Under the pieces are notes generated by a model, which was given only the letters and a program-made list of their open reading frames with translations, was not told the DNA's origin and did no database searches. Of a stretch of 64,000 bases of DNA, positions 1-16,768 are shown piece after piece. The position numbers and the translations under genes are program-made. The first letter of the stretch is position 1. Every line of letters begins with the position of its first letter. Origin of the DNA: the human T2T-CHM13v2.0 reference genome, Homo sapiens; NCBI RefSeq assembly GCF_009914755.1, contig NC_060947.1; one strand, given 5' to 3'.

Positions 1-611
<611 letters not shown>

Positions 612-634
612 AGAGAAGAGAAAAGAAAAAAAGT

Positions 635-1391
635 GTTTGCAGATGTAATTAACTTACATTATTAAATCTGGAGATGGGGGGTTATCTTAGAGTATCAGGT
701 AGGACCTAAATGCAATCACAAGTGTCCTTATAAAAGAGAGACAGAGGGAAATTTGATACAGACAGAAAAGGAAACCACATATACAGAGAAGGCGATGGTG
801 AAGATGGAGGCAGAGATTAGAATGATGCAGTCATAAACCAAGGAATGTTGGCAGCCACGAGAGGCTAGAGAAGGTCTAAATTCTCCCTGAGAGCTTCCAG
901 AAGGAGTGTGGCCCTGCCAACACTTTGATTTGGATGCAGTGAAACTGATTGTGGACTTCTGGCCTCCAGAATTGTGACAGAATAAACTTCTCTCTCTCTT
1001 TTTTTTTTTTTTTTTTTTTTTGAGATGGAGTCTCGCTCTGTCACCCAGGCTGGAGTGCAGTGGCGCAATCTCAGCTTACTGCAACCCCCACCTCACTGCA
1101 ACCTCCAATCCGTCTCCTGGGTTCAAGCAATTCTCTGCCTCAGCCTCCCGAGTAGCTGGGATTACAGGCACCCACCACCACACCCAGCTAATTTTTATAT
1201 TTTTAGTAGAGATGGGGTTTTACTATCTTGGCCAGGCTGGTCTTGAACTCCTGACCTCGTGATCCACCCGCCTCGGCCTCCCAAAGTGCTGGGATTACAG
1301 GGGTGAGCCACCGCACCCGGCCAACTTCTGTTGTTTTAAACCACCCAGTCTGTGGTAACATTTGTCACAACAGCCACAGGAAACTAACACA
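635..1391 (+). mobile_element. MLT1C/D-like MaLR LTR interrupted by a minus-strand Alu (about 999-1322)
   Basis: MLT1 motifs TTTGCAGATGTAATTAA, GGACTTCTGGCCTCCAGAATTGTGA, AATAAA and terminal GGAAACTAACACA; AACTTCT is repeated on both sides of the Alu. Confidence 0.75.
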
Positions 1392-1794
1392 CCCCCCTTG
1401 GTAGCACTCCTTGGTGTCTGTTCCCTAGTGCCTCACAGGTGTGAGACAATATGGCATGGATCCCGCTCTGCAAGGTCCACCTGCCTACCATCCTCCAGGG
1501 TGGGAGGTTAGAATTAAGGCAGCAGGGGCCTGGAATCTCCCTTCTCACCCTGGGAAACTACTGACCCTGCCTATGGATGGATGAGCTGCCACTGAAGTGG
1601 GGGTGGGGTGGGGGGGCAAAAGATGGCAGCAGCAGTGGCAGTTCATGGACAGATGTCTTCCCAGAGCCTATGGTCAAAAGGTGTTTAGCATTCTGTGACT
1701 CACAGCTCTGTCCCAGCAGCCCTGGTGCCAAGACCACCCCCTCCAGCAAAGCACCCAGGAACACTAGCCTGGCTCCATGGACAAAACACAGGGG

Positions 1795-2955
<1,161 letters not shown>

Positions 2956-4589
2956 AAGAAACACACCCAAGGGCTCAGCACCAGCCAAGGACGCTGAACA
3001 CTGCTTGAAATGTCCTAGCACAATCCCCAAAGGCCAAGGGGTCCCACTTAAAACTTTCATGAAGGGTGAGGGGAGTGGGAGCAGGGAGGAGACTATAACT
3101 TGCTTCAGAGCAATGAGTCCAACCTCCCTCCTCAACACTACCCATTTCATGGAGGGAGAAACCAAGAACCAGAAAAGAGAACTGCCTGAAGACCACAGAA
3201 AAGCTTACTGCAGAAACAGGACTCAAATCCACGTTGCCTGGGCAGAGACCCCTTCCTGCTTCCCCACCAGCTAGCTACCCAATTCCAGTTGGGGTAAGAA
3301 GAGCCCAAGAAATCAGCAGGTTCCTAGATGCCAAATGAAGGGCCTTTGCTATCAAAGATAGGTTACTAGGAGTGGACAAAGGCTCCTAGGAAGAACCAAG
3401 ATGACCCTGGGGCAAACTGCCCATTCTGGGCAAGAGGAAGAACCGGCCAAGGTCCAAGGTGAGCAAGGTCAGACACACCTGGGCATGGACAAACTTTTGC
3501 AAAATGGGCAGCTGAGGGGGCAAGTAGTTTGCCTAAAGCTATAAAGCAGGTAAGGAGGAGATGCTGAGGTCTGGAGGTGATGAGAGAATTGAGGGATGAT
3601 GGCTCAAAGCTTGCCTTGCTCCAAAGCCCAAACTCCACACACAACTCTACCTCTCTACACCACTATCCAACAGGCCTCCTGACAGGAAATCCCATCGAGC
3701 TTGTTCATTACAACATGGCTGCCCACAAAAAATGGCTGTTCATCAACCCTGAGCCTCACACAAAACAGGCTGCTTGTCCTGCCCACCAAGCTTGGATGGC
3801 TGAGAGGGAACAGAGGAGCCAGGAAGAGAGGGGAGAAACCCAGTTCCTCCTCAAAAGACATCCACCATTCTTTGCCACCTCCAGGTCCAGAGAACTTTGG
3901 ACTGAGTTCCCTAAAATCCCAAAGCTAAACAACACCTCACCAGCATTTTGCCTGGCCAGTGAGGAAACTGAGGCCCAGAGAGCATAGGTAGAACCTACCC
4001 TGGTTCATCCAGCAAAGCCTTGAAAGACCCAGAGTTGGAACCCAGGCACCAACTACCGTGCCACACCCAGCTTTTTCCACCACCTCAGTTCACATGCCCC
4101 TTCTCAAAGAGCTCTGTGGGGTCTCCAAACTCAGGATGCTTACAGGCCAACCTTTTCATAGAGCAGACTCTCAGCAAGGCAGCCATGCCTGGGAACCCCT
4201 GACATCACCACCCACCCAGCACCTGGACCCCAGAGTGCCAAAAAGACTCCTAAAGGAAGTAGGGATACAAGAGAATCAGGACAAAGAGGAAGCCCAAGTA
4301 GTCAGAACCCCAGAATCGCCATCTAGACTCCCCCTCAACGACGCCTCTCTTCCCAAGGGATCCAACTGACCTCCAGGCTACAACCACCCCCAGTGACAGT
4401 TTAGGACCAAGACTGGGGTGGCAGGAGGAATCTTCCCTCTTCTCATCCCCAAAAGCTCTCAAGTTGGACCAGGTGAGGCAGGGAGAAGAGGATCACCTTC
4501 TTTGTCCTAAGAAGTGTGGGGACAGAAAGCCTCTCCTGTCATTGGGAAGGGCAGGTTTCATGAACCCACAAAACTTGATTTTCATATTC

Positions 4590-4720
4590 TTTTTTTTTTA
4601 TTAGTAAAGATGAGGTCTCGCTATGTTGCCAAGCAGGTCTTGAACTCCAGGGCTCAAGTGATCCTCCCGCCTCAGCCTCCCGAGTAGCTGGGACTACAGG
4701 CATGCGCCACTATGCCCGGC
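4590..4720 (-). mobile_element. Alu monomer (FLAM/AluJ-like)
   Basis: GGGCTCAAGTGATCCTCCCGCCTCAGCCTCCCGAGTAGCTGGGACTACAGG preceded by a poly-T run. Confidence 0.8.
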
Positions 4721-4772
4721 TTACTCCTATGTTCTTATGGGGACAAGTATAAGGGAGGGACTGCAAGGGGCA

Positions 4773-4934
4773 TAAGGAAGTGTTTTTGAGTTACCATGGC
4801 AGCATAGGATGTTCTTTCTCTCTGTCCCTGGGACCAGGGATGTATCGCAAGGGAGGGGAGTAAGGAGGTGTTTTTGAATTATCATGGCTGCATAGGATGT
4901 TTTTCCTCTGTCCCTAGGACCAGTGATGTATGGC
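4773..4934. repeat. Two-copy tandem duplication, period about 88 bp
   Basis: TAAGGAAGTGTTTTTGAGTTACCATGGCAGCATAGGATG...CTGTCCCTGGGACCAGGGATGTAT at 4773 versus TAAGGAGGTGTTTTTGAATTATCATGGCTGCATAGGATG...CTGTCCCTAGGACCAGTGATGTAT at 4861. Confidence 0.85.
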
Positions 4935-6773
4935 TCCCTGCTTCTAGAGGAGGAAAGAAACTACCCAACCAGAGAGAGAAGAAATAACTGGTCCTGACCC
5001 TTGAGTACAAATGGCTTATCGTGCCAGAATTAATGATGGGAGGAAGGGACCAAGAACAAGGAGCTCAAGACAAGGCTTGGGGCCCCTGTGAAGTACAGAA
5101 AGATTTACCTGAGCCAAGGGGAAAAGGAATGTGGGAGGAGAATTTCCCCAGAGTGGCGATGTCCCAAACCCCTTTCCTGTCCCTGGGAAGAAAAAAGCTT
5201 GTCAAAAGCAGTTCAAAACTTATTATATGACCTAGAGGTGAGAAGCAAGCATAGCTAGGTCAGGGAGAGACTCGGAATCGCTCTTGGTTTCAGAAGGGAG
5301 GCTCCAGACTCCATGTCCCCAGGACCTGACAATCTTCTCATAGAAAGTAGGAGGACCTTCTTGGCCCTGGCCACGAGGGAGCTCTGGATAAGGGGTTCAT
5401 ATGACCCTGAAGAGCATCCAGGTCCTTCTGTCCAATGGGAGAGGATGACCTCACGTTCCTCTCCCTGGACAGAAAGGATTGCCTGGTGTGGTAGGAGGAG
5501 AGCCTCATGCCCAAGTGGGAGCCAGGCCCCCAGTCCCTAAGGCAAACGGTATCTTGTCCCAGAGAGAAAGCTTGGGCCCAGACTCTTTTCCTCAGAATCC
5601 TACCCTATTCATGTCCCCAAAAGGAGTTGGGAGTCTAAGGCCCAAGTCCCCGAGGCAGGAAGTCTTATGTCCCTAAATGACCCCTAAGACTAGGGTGTAT
5701 GTAAGTTGTCTGAGGTGAGGTGACAGTACCCTCAGGGCAGGTTCAGAAATCAGGTCCTAAGGTGGGGAACAGGCCTTCACACACCTGAGTTATGATTCAA
5801 ACCCTTGGAGGTAGACTCAGGACCCTGTTCCACAGGGATCCTTTATCCATGCCCCAAGGGAAGAGTCTCAGGGCTCAGGTCTGGGGGGAGGAGTCCTCCT
5901 GTTTCTCAGGTGTACATCTTAAGTTCCTTGAGGAGGAAGCTCAGACCTTACCTCTAGACACACAAGTCACCAAGGTATGTATGAGTCTCCTGTCCCTGAA
6001 GGAAAGCTCAAGTGTCCTTGGCAGAGTGGGTCTCAGGCCCTTAAAAGTAGGCAAAGATCTGTAGGGAGGCCCCAGACATCATCTCTGGGATCCCATGTTG
6101 CCCATGTCCCCTGAGTAGTCGTCTCAGGCTCAAGTTCCCAAGGCATGGGTCGTATGTCCCTGACAAAAAGCTTAGGCCCAAGGTGGGAGGGCCTCAAACC
6201 CCTGTTACAGAGGGGAAAATGGGATACTGTATCCCCAAGGTATGTTTCAGTCCCTTATAATTGGGGTAAAAGGGTCACATATGCTCGTGGGGTGGGGAGT
6301 CTCAGATCCCCAAAACCACTCAGACACCAGCCTTGAGAAGAAGGATCTCCTAAAGACTTCACCTTGTCTGAGACCTTTGCAGCAGGACACCAGGCCCCTG
6401 AAGAGGCCTCAGACTCGGTCTCTAAAAACCTCAGTCCATAAGCAGGTGGATCTTAGGCCCTAGGATCCAACGCTGTGAGTCTCATTTTCCTGAAGAAAGG
6501 TTCAGGCCCCTGGTGGGGGTGCTGAGGGCCCATCTCTTCTTACAAGAAGCTTAAGATCCTGAAGCGGTTCAGGCCCTTGTCTCCCAAGAGGTAGGTCTCA
6601 GGCCACTGATAGGAAATGCAGACCTTTGTCACTCAGAAAGGAGATAAGTAAAGCTGCTGGTCATTGGGTGTTGGTTTTGGTCCCTGTCCCCAAGGGCAAG
6701 GGAATCATATCTCCCTGTGAAAAGTCTTACATCCCTGGAAAAAGCTTAGAAGATCCCTATCCTTAAAGGGGGC

Positions 6774-6795
6774 GTGTGTGTGTGTGTGTGTGTGT
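6774..6795. repeat. (GT)11 microsatellite
   Basis: Read directly. Confidence 0.95.
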
Positions 6796-7439
6796 CAGGA
6801 CCTTGATTCTAGAAGCAGGACTCTCAGGCCCCTGAAGACAGACTTAGGACCCTTGAGGTCTCAGGTCTGGCTATTCAGTGGTCCTGTGCAGTGTTACCCA
6901 GCGAAGCGGGAGAGGATTGTCCTATATGCAGAGTGTCTCAGACTCTTGAAAGGGCTTAGGCTCCTTGGGGATGTTCAGCCCCGATCTCCGAGGTCTCCAC
7001 CTTATTTGACTTTCCTGGAAGGGGAATCTCAAACTTCTATCCCAGAGGAAAAGAGCTCTTAAGCCACTGAACACATACCTAAGTCTCTTGGGAGACCTGA
7101 GACTCCTACTCAAGAGGGGCGCGATCCTACCTGTATCTCTTGGAGAATTCCCACCTATTGGCCCTATATGATGAGGTCCCAGGGACTGGAATGACGACTA
7201 TAGACCTTAAAAGAGACCTCGGATCTTTAAGTCTGACACCTTACCGTAGGCCTCTAGCCCCAAAATCCTGGAGGGGAGGAAAGAAGGTGTCTCACATCCC
7301 TACCGCCAGAGAAGACTGTCAGGCCCAGTGAAAACGCCTAGATCCCTTGGGGCGATCTCAAACAGCCTTCCTTGAGTCCCTTCACAGTCTGGGGGTCCCA
7401 TCTGCCGTGGCCGCTCACCCCTCACCCCACAGCTCTTAC

Positions 7440-8033
7440 CTGCTCGACAGTGGCAGGGTCCATAGCCTCGATGCGTGCTGCAGCCGCCTCATACTCGTCC
7501 TCACTGTTGTAGCCTGCGCCGACCTCCTCACGCTCGGGACTGCCCCCGCCAACCGCGCCAACCCCGGGAGCTTGACGTCGCCGCTTGCTGTGCCCAGGCC
7601 CGGAGCAGCAGCCGCCCACGCCTACGGCACCACCCACACCCACCACCACGCCCGCGGCACCCACACCCGCCGCCGCTGCGCCCAGCGCGTCGCCGGGACC
7701 GCCGCCGGGACCACCTGGGCCCCCGCAAGGAGGTGGAGAAGCCTGTTGTGGCCGGGGACCCGCCACTGCACCAGGCGGCACGGCCAGCGCCCAGCGATGA
7801 AGAGCGCCCGGCGGTCCTGGTAGCGGGCCTTGAGGCGGTGGCGAAGCTCGCGGACGGGCCCCCACGACGCCGGAGTCACGGTCGCGATCGCCGCCGCCCA
7901 CGCCCGTGCCGCCGCCGCCCACGCCCACACCTCCGCCGCGCCGCGGCGCCGGGGGCATCGGCCCGGGCGGCGGCGGCTCGTTGGCGGGGTCGGCGTCGGG
8001 AGGCGGCGGCTTCTTTTTGGGGAGTATAGTCAT
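7440..8033 (-). CDS. OTUD5: OTU deubiquitinase 5 (DUBA), coding exon 1 (codons 1-198); the rest of the gene lies beyond the left edge of the window
   Basis: MTILPKKKPPPPDADPANEPPPPGP...GAGYNSEDEYEAAAARIEAMDPATVEQ; the activating Ser177 lies in YNSEDE (codon 7503-7505); ends at donor CAG|GTAAGA; 594 nt. Confidence 0.97.
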
Positions 8034-8178
8034 GGCTGCACTGCCGAGTACCCCCCAACAAACCCGGCGCGGGGCACGCCGGGAGAGAACCCGGATGAGG
8101 GGGCTAGTGTAGTGCGCGAGGCACGACGGGAACGGCGAGACCCGGATAAAGGGATCGCGGCACCGGTTCGAGAACCCT

Positions 8179-8189
8179 CGGCGGCGGAG

Positions 8190-8220
<31 letters not shown>
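8179..8220. repeat. (CGG)3 AGG (CGG)8 TGG CGG trinucleotide repeat in the OTUD5 5' leader/promoter
   Basis: Read directly. Confidence 0.95.
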
Positions 8221-9103
8221 CGCGCGGGTCACGCCGAGAGGAGAACCCGGATGTAAAGTCCAAGATGAAGGCAGTGCGGCGAGTTTGTCTTAGCCTTCTC
8301 TCCAAGTCCAGCAAGTTTATTGCTACGCTTGTTCCGGCCTTCTGCTTCAAAGGAAACAGAACCAAAACAAGCACCTCTTCGCTCCGCCCCCTCGCAGGTT
8401 CTTGCACTACCGGGTGGGGCCCCGGGGCGCTGCGCACGCGCGCCAGGGCACAGCCCCGCCCCTTACTCGGAAGTACGTGGGCAAAATCGCCGCCGCCGCC
8501 GCCACAACAATTGCAACACCAACCAATTGAGCAGCTGCGTGGGACCTCGACGACGCCCACGGGCCAATCACAGGCGAGTGCTCGCCCTCCGGTGCCCTCC
8601 GTCTCAAATTTCAGTCAAAGTCGACACCCTGGTTCCCAGCCTTTCTCCCCGTCAGTTCCGTCTTGCTCTTCACTTTTCTCCCCGAAGCTCTGACCTGCAG
8701 GCGTCGGTACTGCGGACGGACAGCGTGGCCTGTCCCACGTACGACAGGAAAAACACCTCCCCTCCAGGATTCCAACTTGAACGCTGTCAGCCGGAATGAC
8801 TGGAAAACATCAACACTCCCGGGAGCATAGCTGGCCCCTGTAGCGTCACTTCCGGTCCCACCCACCTACAAATACCCTTCCGGGGGAGGCGGACACCGCT
8901 TCGCCCCGGCAACAGCCTGAGTTCTGCGGTGATTGGTTAAGAGACGCCGTCACTCGCGGCATACCGACCAACCTTGGGACAGACAGGCGCCGTGGGGACA
9001 GTGGTTGTTTGGGAAACAGACACGCCTTCTCTGGCACCACAGCACTCTCGGCCTCGCGTTGACCTCCCCGCCCCTATGGCTAGTGCGCAGGCGCGGCCCA
9101 GCC

Positions 9104-9439
<336 letters not shown>

Positions 9440-9620
9440 TAAAACTGAGTTTGCTTGGGTCGATCGAGGTTTATGAAAGCTCTGTCACCAGTCAGCGTCT
9501 CAAAATGGGGTTGGCAGAATCCCTGCTATTGAGTAGCTGGAGAGCTACACGCTAATCCTAGCTCTGCCCTTCCTGTCTGAGTGATCTTTGTCAGTCATTT
9601 AAAACCCACCCCGTCCTCAA

Positions 9621-9744
9621 TTTTTGTTGTTGTTGTTTACTTTTTTATAGAACGCTTCACGTATTTGCGTGTCATCCTTTCGCATAGTGCCATGCTAATC
9701 TCTGTATCGTTCTAATTTTAGTATATGTGGTGCGAAGTGAGCAC
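9621..9744 (-). pseudogene. U6 snRNA processed pseudogene (RNU6-type)
   Basis: Minus strand reads GTGCTCACTTCGCACCACATATACTAAAATTAGAACGATACAGAGATTAGCATGGCACTATGCGAAAGGATGACACGCAAATACGTGAAGCGTTCTAT then an A-rich tail; several substitutions and deletions relative to U6; flanked by a degenerate target-site duplication (TSD). Confidence 0.93.
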
Positions 9745-9869
9745 CCATCCTTAATTTCTATTCTATAAATTGGCAATAATTCTAATCCGAGGATCAGAGA
9801 TTAATGCTTGTGAAGGGCCTGGTGCTGTGCCCAGCACATAGGAAGTGTTCAATAAAGTAGTCTGCATGG

Positions 9870-11260
9870 TGGTGCAGTGGAAGGATCCCAGGCTTTGGAG
9901 CCAGAAAGACCTCAGTTCCAGGCACAGATGGACCATTACCAACTGTATGACCTTGAGCAAGTCATTGTGTCACTTTTGAGATTACCCATGTGTAAAACAG
10001 GAATGATAATACCTGCCCAGACTACCTCAGGGAATGGTTATGGGGTTCAGATGAGCTGATGAACCAAGAAGGTATTTGGAGTTCACTTCCAGTCTTAGGA
10101 GACAAACCATACAACAGGTTGACTGAAAGAGACCATGGGAAAGCTGTTTTGAGTATAGCCTTGCCTCCCTTGAGATACTAACCCTAGTTGAAATTCTTCC
10201 CTGAAAGGTGTAAGTAATAAATGGGCTCTAAGTAGTGTTTTCTGCTCATGAGACTTAATAGGAGGGGACTTTCACGTTTACCGGGCCTGTTGTGTTCAGG
10301 GCTCTGTGCCAAATGCCTATGCACATTATCACATTGAATCTTCTCATGATCATCTCACTCCAGCCCCATATATTTCACTCACTACACATCTAAAACTGAA
10401 CTCATGATAGCAATCATGGCTACCCTTCACCAAGTACTTACTATGTACCTAGCACTGAGTGCTGACAGCTCTGATGTTCCCTTTACCAGGGAATAGCACT
10501 CCCATCCAGCCGTCGTCCAAGCCAGAAACTGGGAGTCAACTTTGACTGCTCCCTCTTCCTCAACTCCCACATGCCTGTCAATCCCAAGTCCTGCCAATTC
10601 TGCCTCCCAAATCTCTAGACTCTCCAATTCTACTGCCACTACTCTGGTCCAAGCCACTGTCCCCTACCACCTGGACTATTATAAAAGCCTCCACCCTACT
10701 TTTCTTCCTTCCAGGACTGTTTCTCTATATCCACTCTCCACAGCCAGAATGATCATTCTGAAACACAAACTTCATCATGAGTTTTCTGTTTAAGTCTTTA
10801 GAGGTCCCCACTATCTTTAGGATGAAGTTTAAAATTCGCGTCATAGCTTCAAAGCTTTTTATTATCTAGCCTACCTCTCCATCCTTCCTCTCCTCACAGC
10901 CTCACACTCTCCTCCCCAGCTGGACTGAACTACTTTCAGTTCCCCAAAGGCCTGAGCTCACTCTCCAACCTCCAGGTCATTGCACATGCTGTTCCCTCTG
11001 CCCAGAACATTGCATCCTTTCATTTGCTGCCTGGCTAACTCCAACTCATTCCCTGTGTGTTGGCCAGGTTAAGTTCTCCTGCCATCTGCATGCCTCTATA
11101 ACACATGGATCTTAGTTCTGCCACACCATGTTGTAATTACTTGTCTGCCTTCCATGCTCAACTATACATCAGAGACAATGTCTACTTTGCCCACCTTTGT
11201 ATCCCTAGGGCTGGCACATGATGGAAGTTAATAAATATTTGGTGACTAAATGAATTATCC
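9870..11260 (+). mobile_element. MIR (about 9870-10040) and L2 fragments (about 10350-11260)
   Basis: MIR core TGACCTTGAGCAAGTCA...TGTAAAACAGGAATGATAAT; L2 motifs CACATGCTGTTCCCTCTGCCCAGAAC and 3' end AATAAATATTTGGTGACTAAATGAAT. Confidence 0.7.
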
Positions 11261-11469
11261 CTATTTCACAGACTAGCAACCTGAGGCAAGAGAAGGTAAG
11301 TGATTCTCTCACCCAGGGATTGGAACCCAGATCAACCTGAATCCATGGTCTGTCTGCTCAGTGCTCTATAGAACTCAGCCACACACTAGCCTAGTGTAGC
11401 CAGTAGCCCAGAAGAGAGAATGTAGGGGGCGTCCACAAGGAAGGGAAATTCACCAAACAAAGTGATGCT

Positions 11470-11475
11470 TTTATT
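11470..11475 (-). terminator. KCND1: Candidate distal poly(A) signal AATAAA of KCND1
   Basis: TTTATT on plus; followed on minus by U/GU-rich TTTGTTTGGTG. Confidence 0.6.
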
Positions 11476-11859
11476 AGGGTTAAATTCAGGGTTGTTTGCT
11501 GTCAGGAAGCCTGGGTTTAAGCCTCCTCTAACTAACTATGTGTTTCTCTGGGTCTCAGTTTCCCGATCTGTGAATCAGGAAGCTGGCGCAGATGATATCC
11601 AAGGAGGAATGTCTCAGGACCCCCTGGCCTGTCTCATTGGCTGTAGATGAACTCCTCAAACCACACTCTTTCATTTCTCCTGGATCCCCATCTTCCAGAA
11701 TACATCACCAACCATCCATCTCCCATACCTTGACCCATACCAGCCCTTCTCCTAGCCAAAAGGGATTGAAATCAGAGTGTTTTCAACCCCCAAGCCCAAC
11801 CCAGCCCCCAAACCCACAGAGCCAGGAGATACTCTCAGTCCTCATCTCTCCTCTCAGGT

Positions 11860-11865
11860 TTTATT
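11860..11865 (-). terminator. KCND1: Candidate proximal poly(A) signal AATAAA of KCND1
   Basis: TTTATT on plus, within the 3' UTR. Confidence 0.45.
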
Positions 11866-13042
11866 GACTGATGGAAACTACATCTTTGTCAGCCACCAGC
11901 TCCATGGGGACAGTGCTGGGGACAGGGAACCTGAGATGATGCCAGATTTCAGCCTGAGAGCAGAGTTTTGGAAGGTCACCCAAGAGGGAGAAGAAAGGAA
12001 TATGTGAAAAGGAATTGTAGGGGAGGAGGAGGAGGAGAAGTTCCTCCTGTCTCCTATAACTCCCAAAGTTCAGAAACATCCCAGGCCGGAGCCCCTGATG
12101 CTTCTGGACTGTTGCCCAAGAACATGGAATCAGCCCATGATCTCCAAATACAGCCCAGCTCTTGCTGGTTGCCAGGCTCTTATCTCAGCCAGTCCAGACT
12201 CCAGCCCAACCCAGGAAGGACGCAAACCAGAGGAGAAGAGAGGAGGAGGAGGAGTTAGAGGTGGCCCCTCTGATTAGGGCAGATGTAAATGCTGCAGCAA
12301 ACTGGTCAGAGGCTTTGCATAATGACACGGCAGCAGCTGCTATTGCTAGAGTTTGCTGGGGGCCCAGCAGAGGACAGGGTTGCGGGGTCCATTTCCAGCA
12401 GCCAGGGAAGGGGATGGTAGAATTTGTGCTATCTGAGTGTGTGTTGGGAGAGGCAGCCTGACCCCTCAGGCAAGGCCTGGGGATGGCAGGTCGCTGCAGA
12501 GGCCACAGCCCATGAAGCCTGTGTTTGCATTCCAAGCTTCAGAATCTGGGAATTGTTGGGCCAGATGGAGATGAGGACCTCTCGTAGAGGCCAGATCAGA
12601 GGTGAGGGTTCTCTTCTCTGAACCTCCAAAGCTCCATATCCCAGCCAGAGGGAGGAGGAAATCTCAACTCTCCTTCTTAGGCTAGAGCTCAGATGTCGGA
12701 TCAAAGCTTTGCCTTCATCTGAGAGCCCAAGGGGAGGAGCATGCAGGAGTCCAGCTGGGAGAGTGGGGCCAGTCCCAGTGTGCTAGGGCAAGGAGGCCAG
12801 GGGCCTGTGGAAGCCCAGTGCTTCAGCTCCCACCAGGAAAAATGTCTGGGGTGGGAGGAAGTTTCTCATTTCCTGGCTACTTCCCCACTATGTGGACCAT
12901 TTCATGAAACTCCATTGCATAGTTCTCAGTGGGGGGGGCAGAAGGGGTGCCCAAGCCTGCCCCTCTCTGCCTCCCAAAAATATGGCTTTGGAAAGGAGTT
13001 CCCAAAAATGAAGAGGACCCTCTGAATCAGCAGGCCTACCCC

Positions 13043-13268
13043 TCACAGGGATGAGATCTTGACAGTCTCGGGGAAGAGGCAAGGGGTACCCAGGCTGGAG
13101 TTCCTGAGGGTGCTGCCGGCCCTGCCACCGCCGCCAGGGGAGGAAGGTTGGCTCTCATCTGGGGTGTTGGCAGGAGGGGTAGGGATGCTGATAATGGCAG
13201 CCACGAAGTCCCGGCTGTCGCAGTTCAGGTCAAGGCTGTCATGGGGCTTGGCATTGAGGCTGGAGCGG
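13043..13268 (-). CDS. KCND1: Kv4.1 coding exon 6 (terminal)
   Basis: Acceptor GTCCACAG|C; RSSLNAKPHDSLDLNCDSRDFVAAIISIPTPPANTPDES...ETVKISSL then TGA. Confidence 0.95.
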
Positions 13269-13303
13269 CTGTGGACAAGGGTGGAGAAGATGGAAGGCTC
13301 TTA

Positions 13304-16452
<3,149 letters not shown>

Positions 16453-16517
16453 TCAGAGCTACTGGTCTAAGCTCTGAGCTTCCCCAGGTGTGGCTAGCAG
16501 GTAGGAGGGCTGCTTAC

Positions 16518-16768
16518 CTCTGAGGGGCATGGCTCCTGCGCAGCCCTGCCAGCATGTCCAGCTCCTGCATGCTGCCACGGCTGACTGAGGCAGTGGAGTT
16601 GGCAAGGCGGATGGCGCGGCGCTTGGCCCTGCGAGGGCAGCAAGAAGACAGCAGGCTTCCGGGTCCCACTGGCTGGGAAGACACAGAGGTGCTACGGCTG
16701 GTGCGGCCACCCGGCGAGACGGCTCCCAGGGCTTCACTGAAGGTGAGCTCATCTGTGAACTCATGGCA
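16518..16768 (-). CDS. KCND1: Kv4.1 coding exon 5
   Basis: CCCATAG|TGC; CHEFTDELTFSEALGAVSPGGRTSRSTS...GLRRSHAPQS; donor AG|GTAAGC; 251 nt. Confidence 0.95.

Larger units (their letters stand above)
7400..9100. promoter_or_regulatory. OTUD5: CpG island / OTUD5 promoter
   Basis: Very high CpG density; GC boxes (about 8454, 9066), CCAAT boxes (about 8523, 8564, reverse 8932), ETS CGGAAG sites (about 8468, 8849), NRF1-like TGCGCA(C/G)GCGC (about 8431, 9084). Confidence 0.9.

Noticed and set aside
7347-8799. Long plus-strand and alternative-frame ORFs over the OTUD5 CpG island (e.g. 7830-8693, 287 aa; 7475-8029)
   Set aside because: Stop-poor shadow ORFs of very GC-rich sequence, with low-complexity Arg/Ala/Pro products and no recognisable domain
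9621-9744. Functional U6 snRNA gene
   Set aside because: Has an A tail and TSD, internal deletions and substitutions, and no recognisable upstream PSE/TATA arrangement
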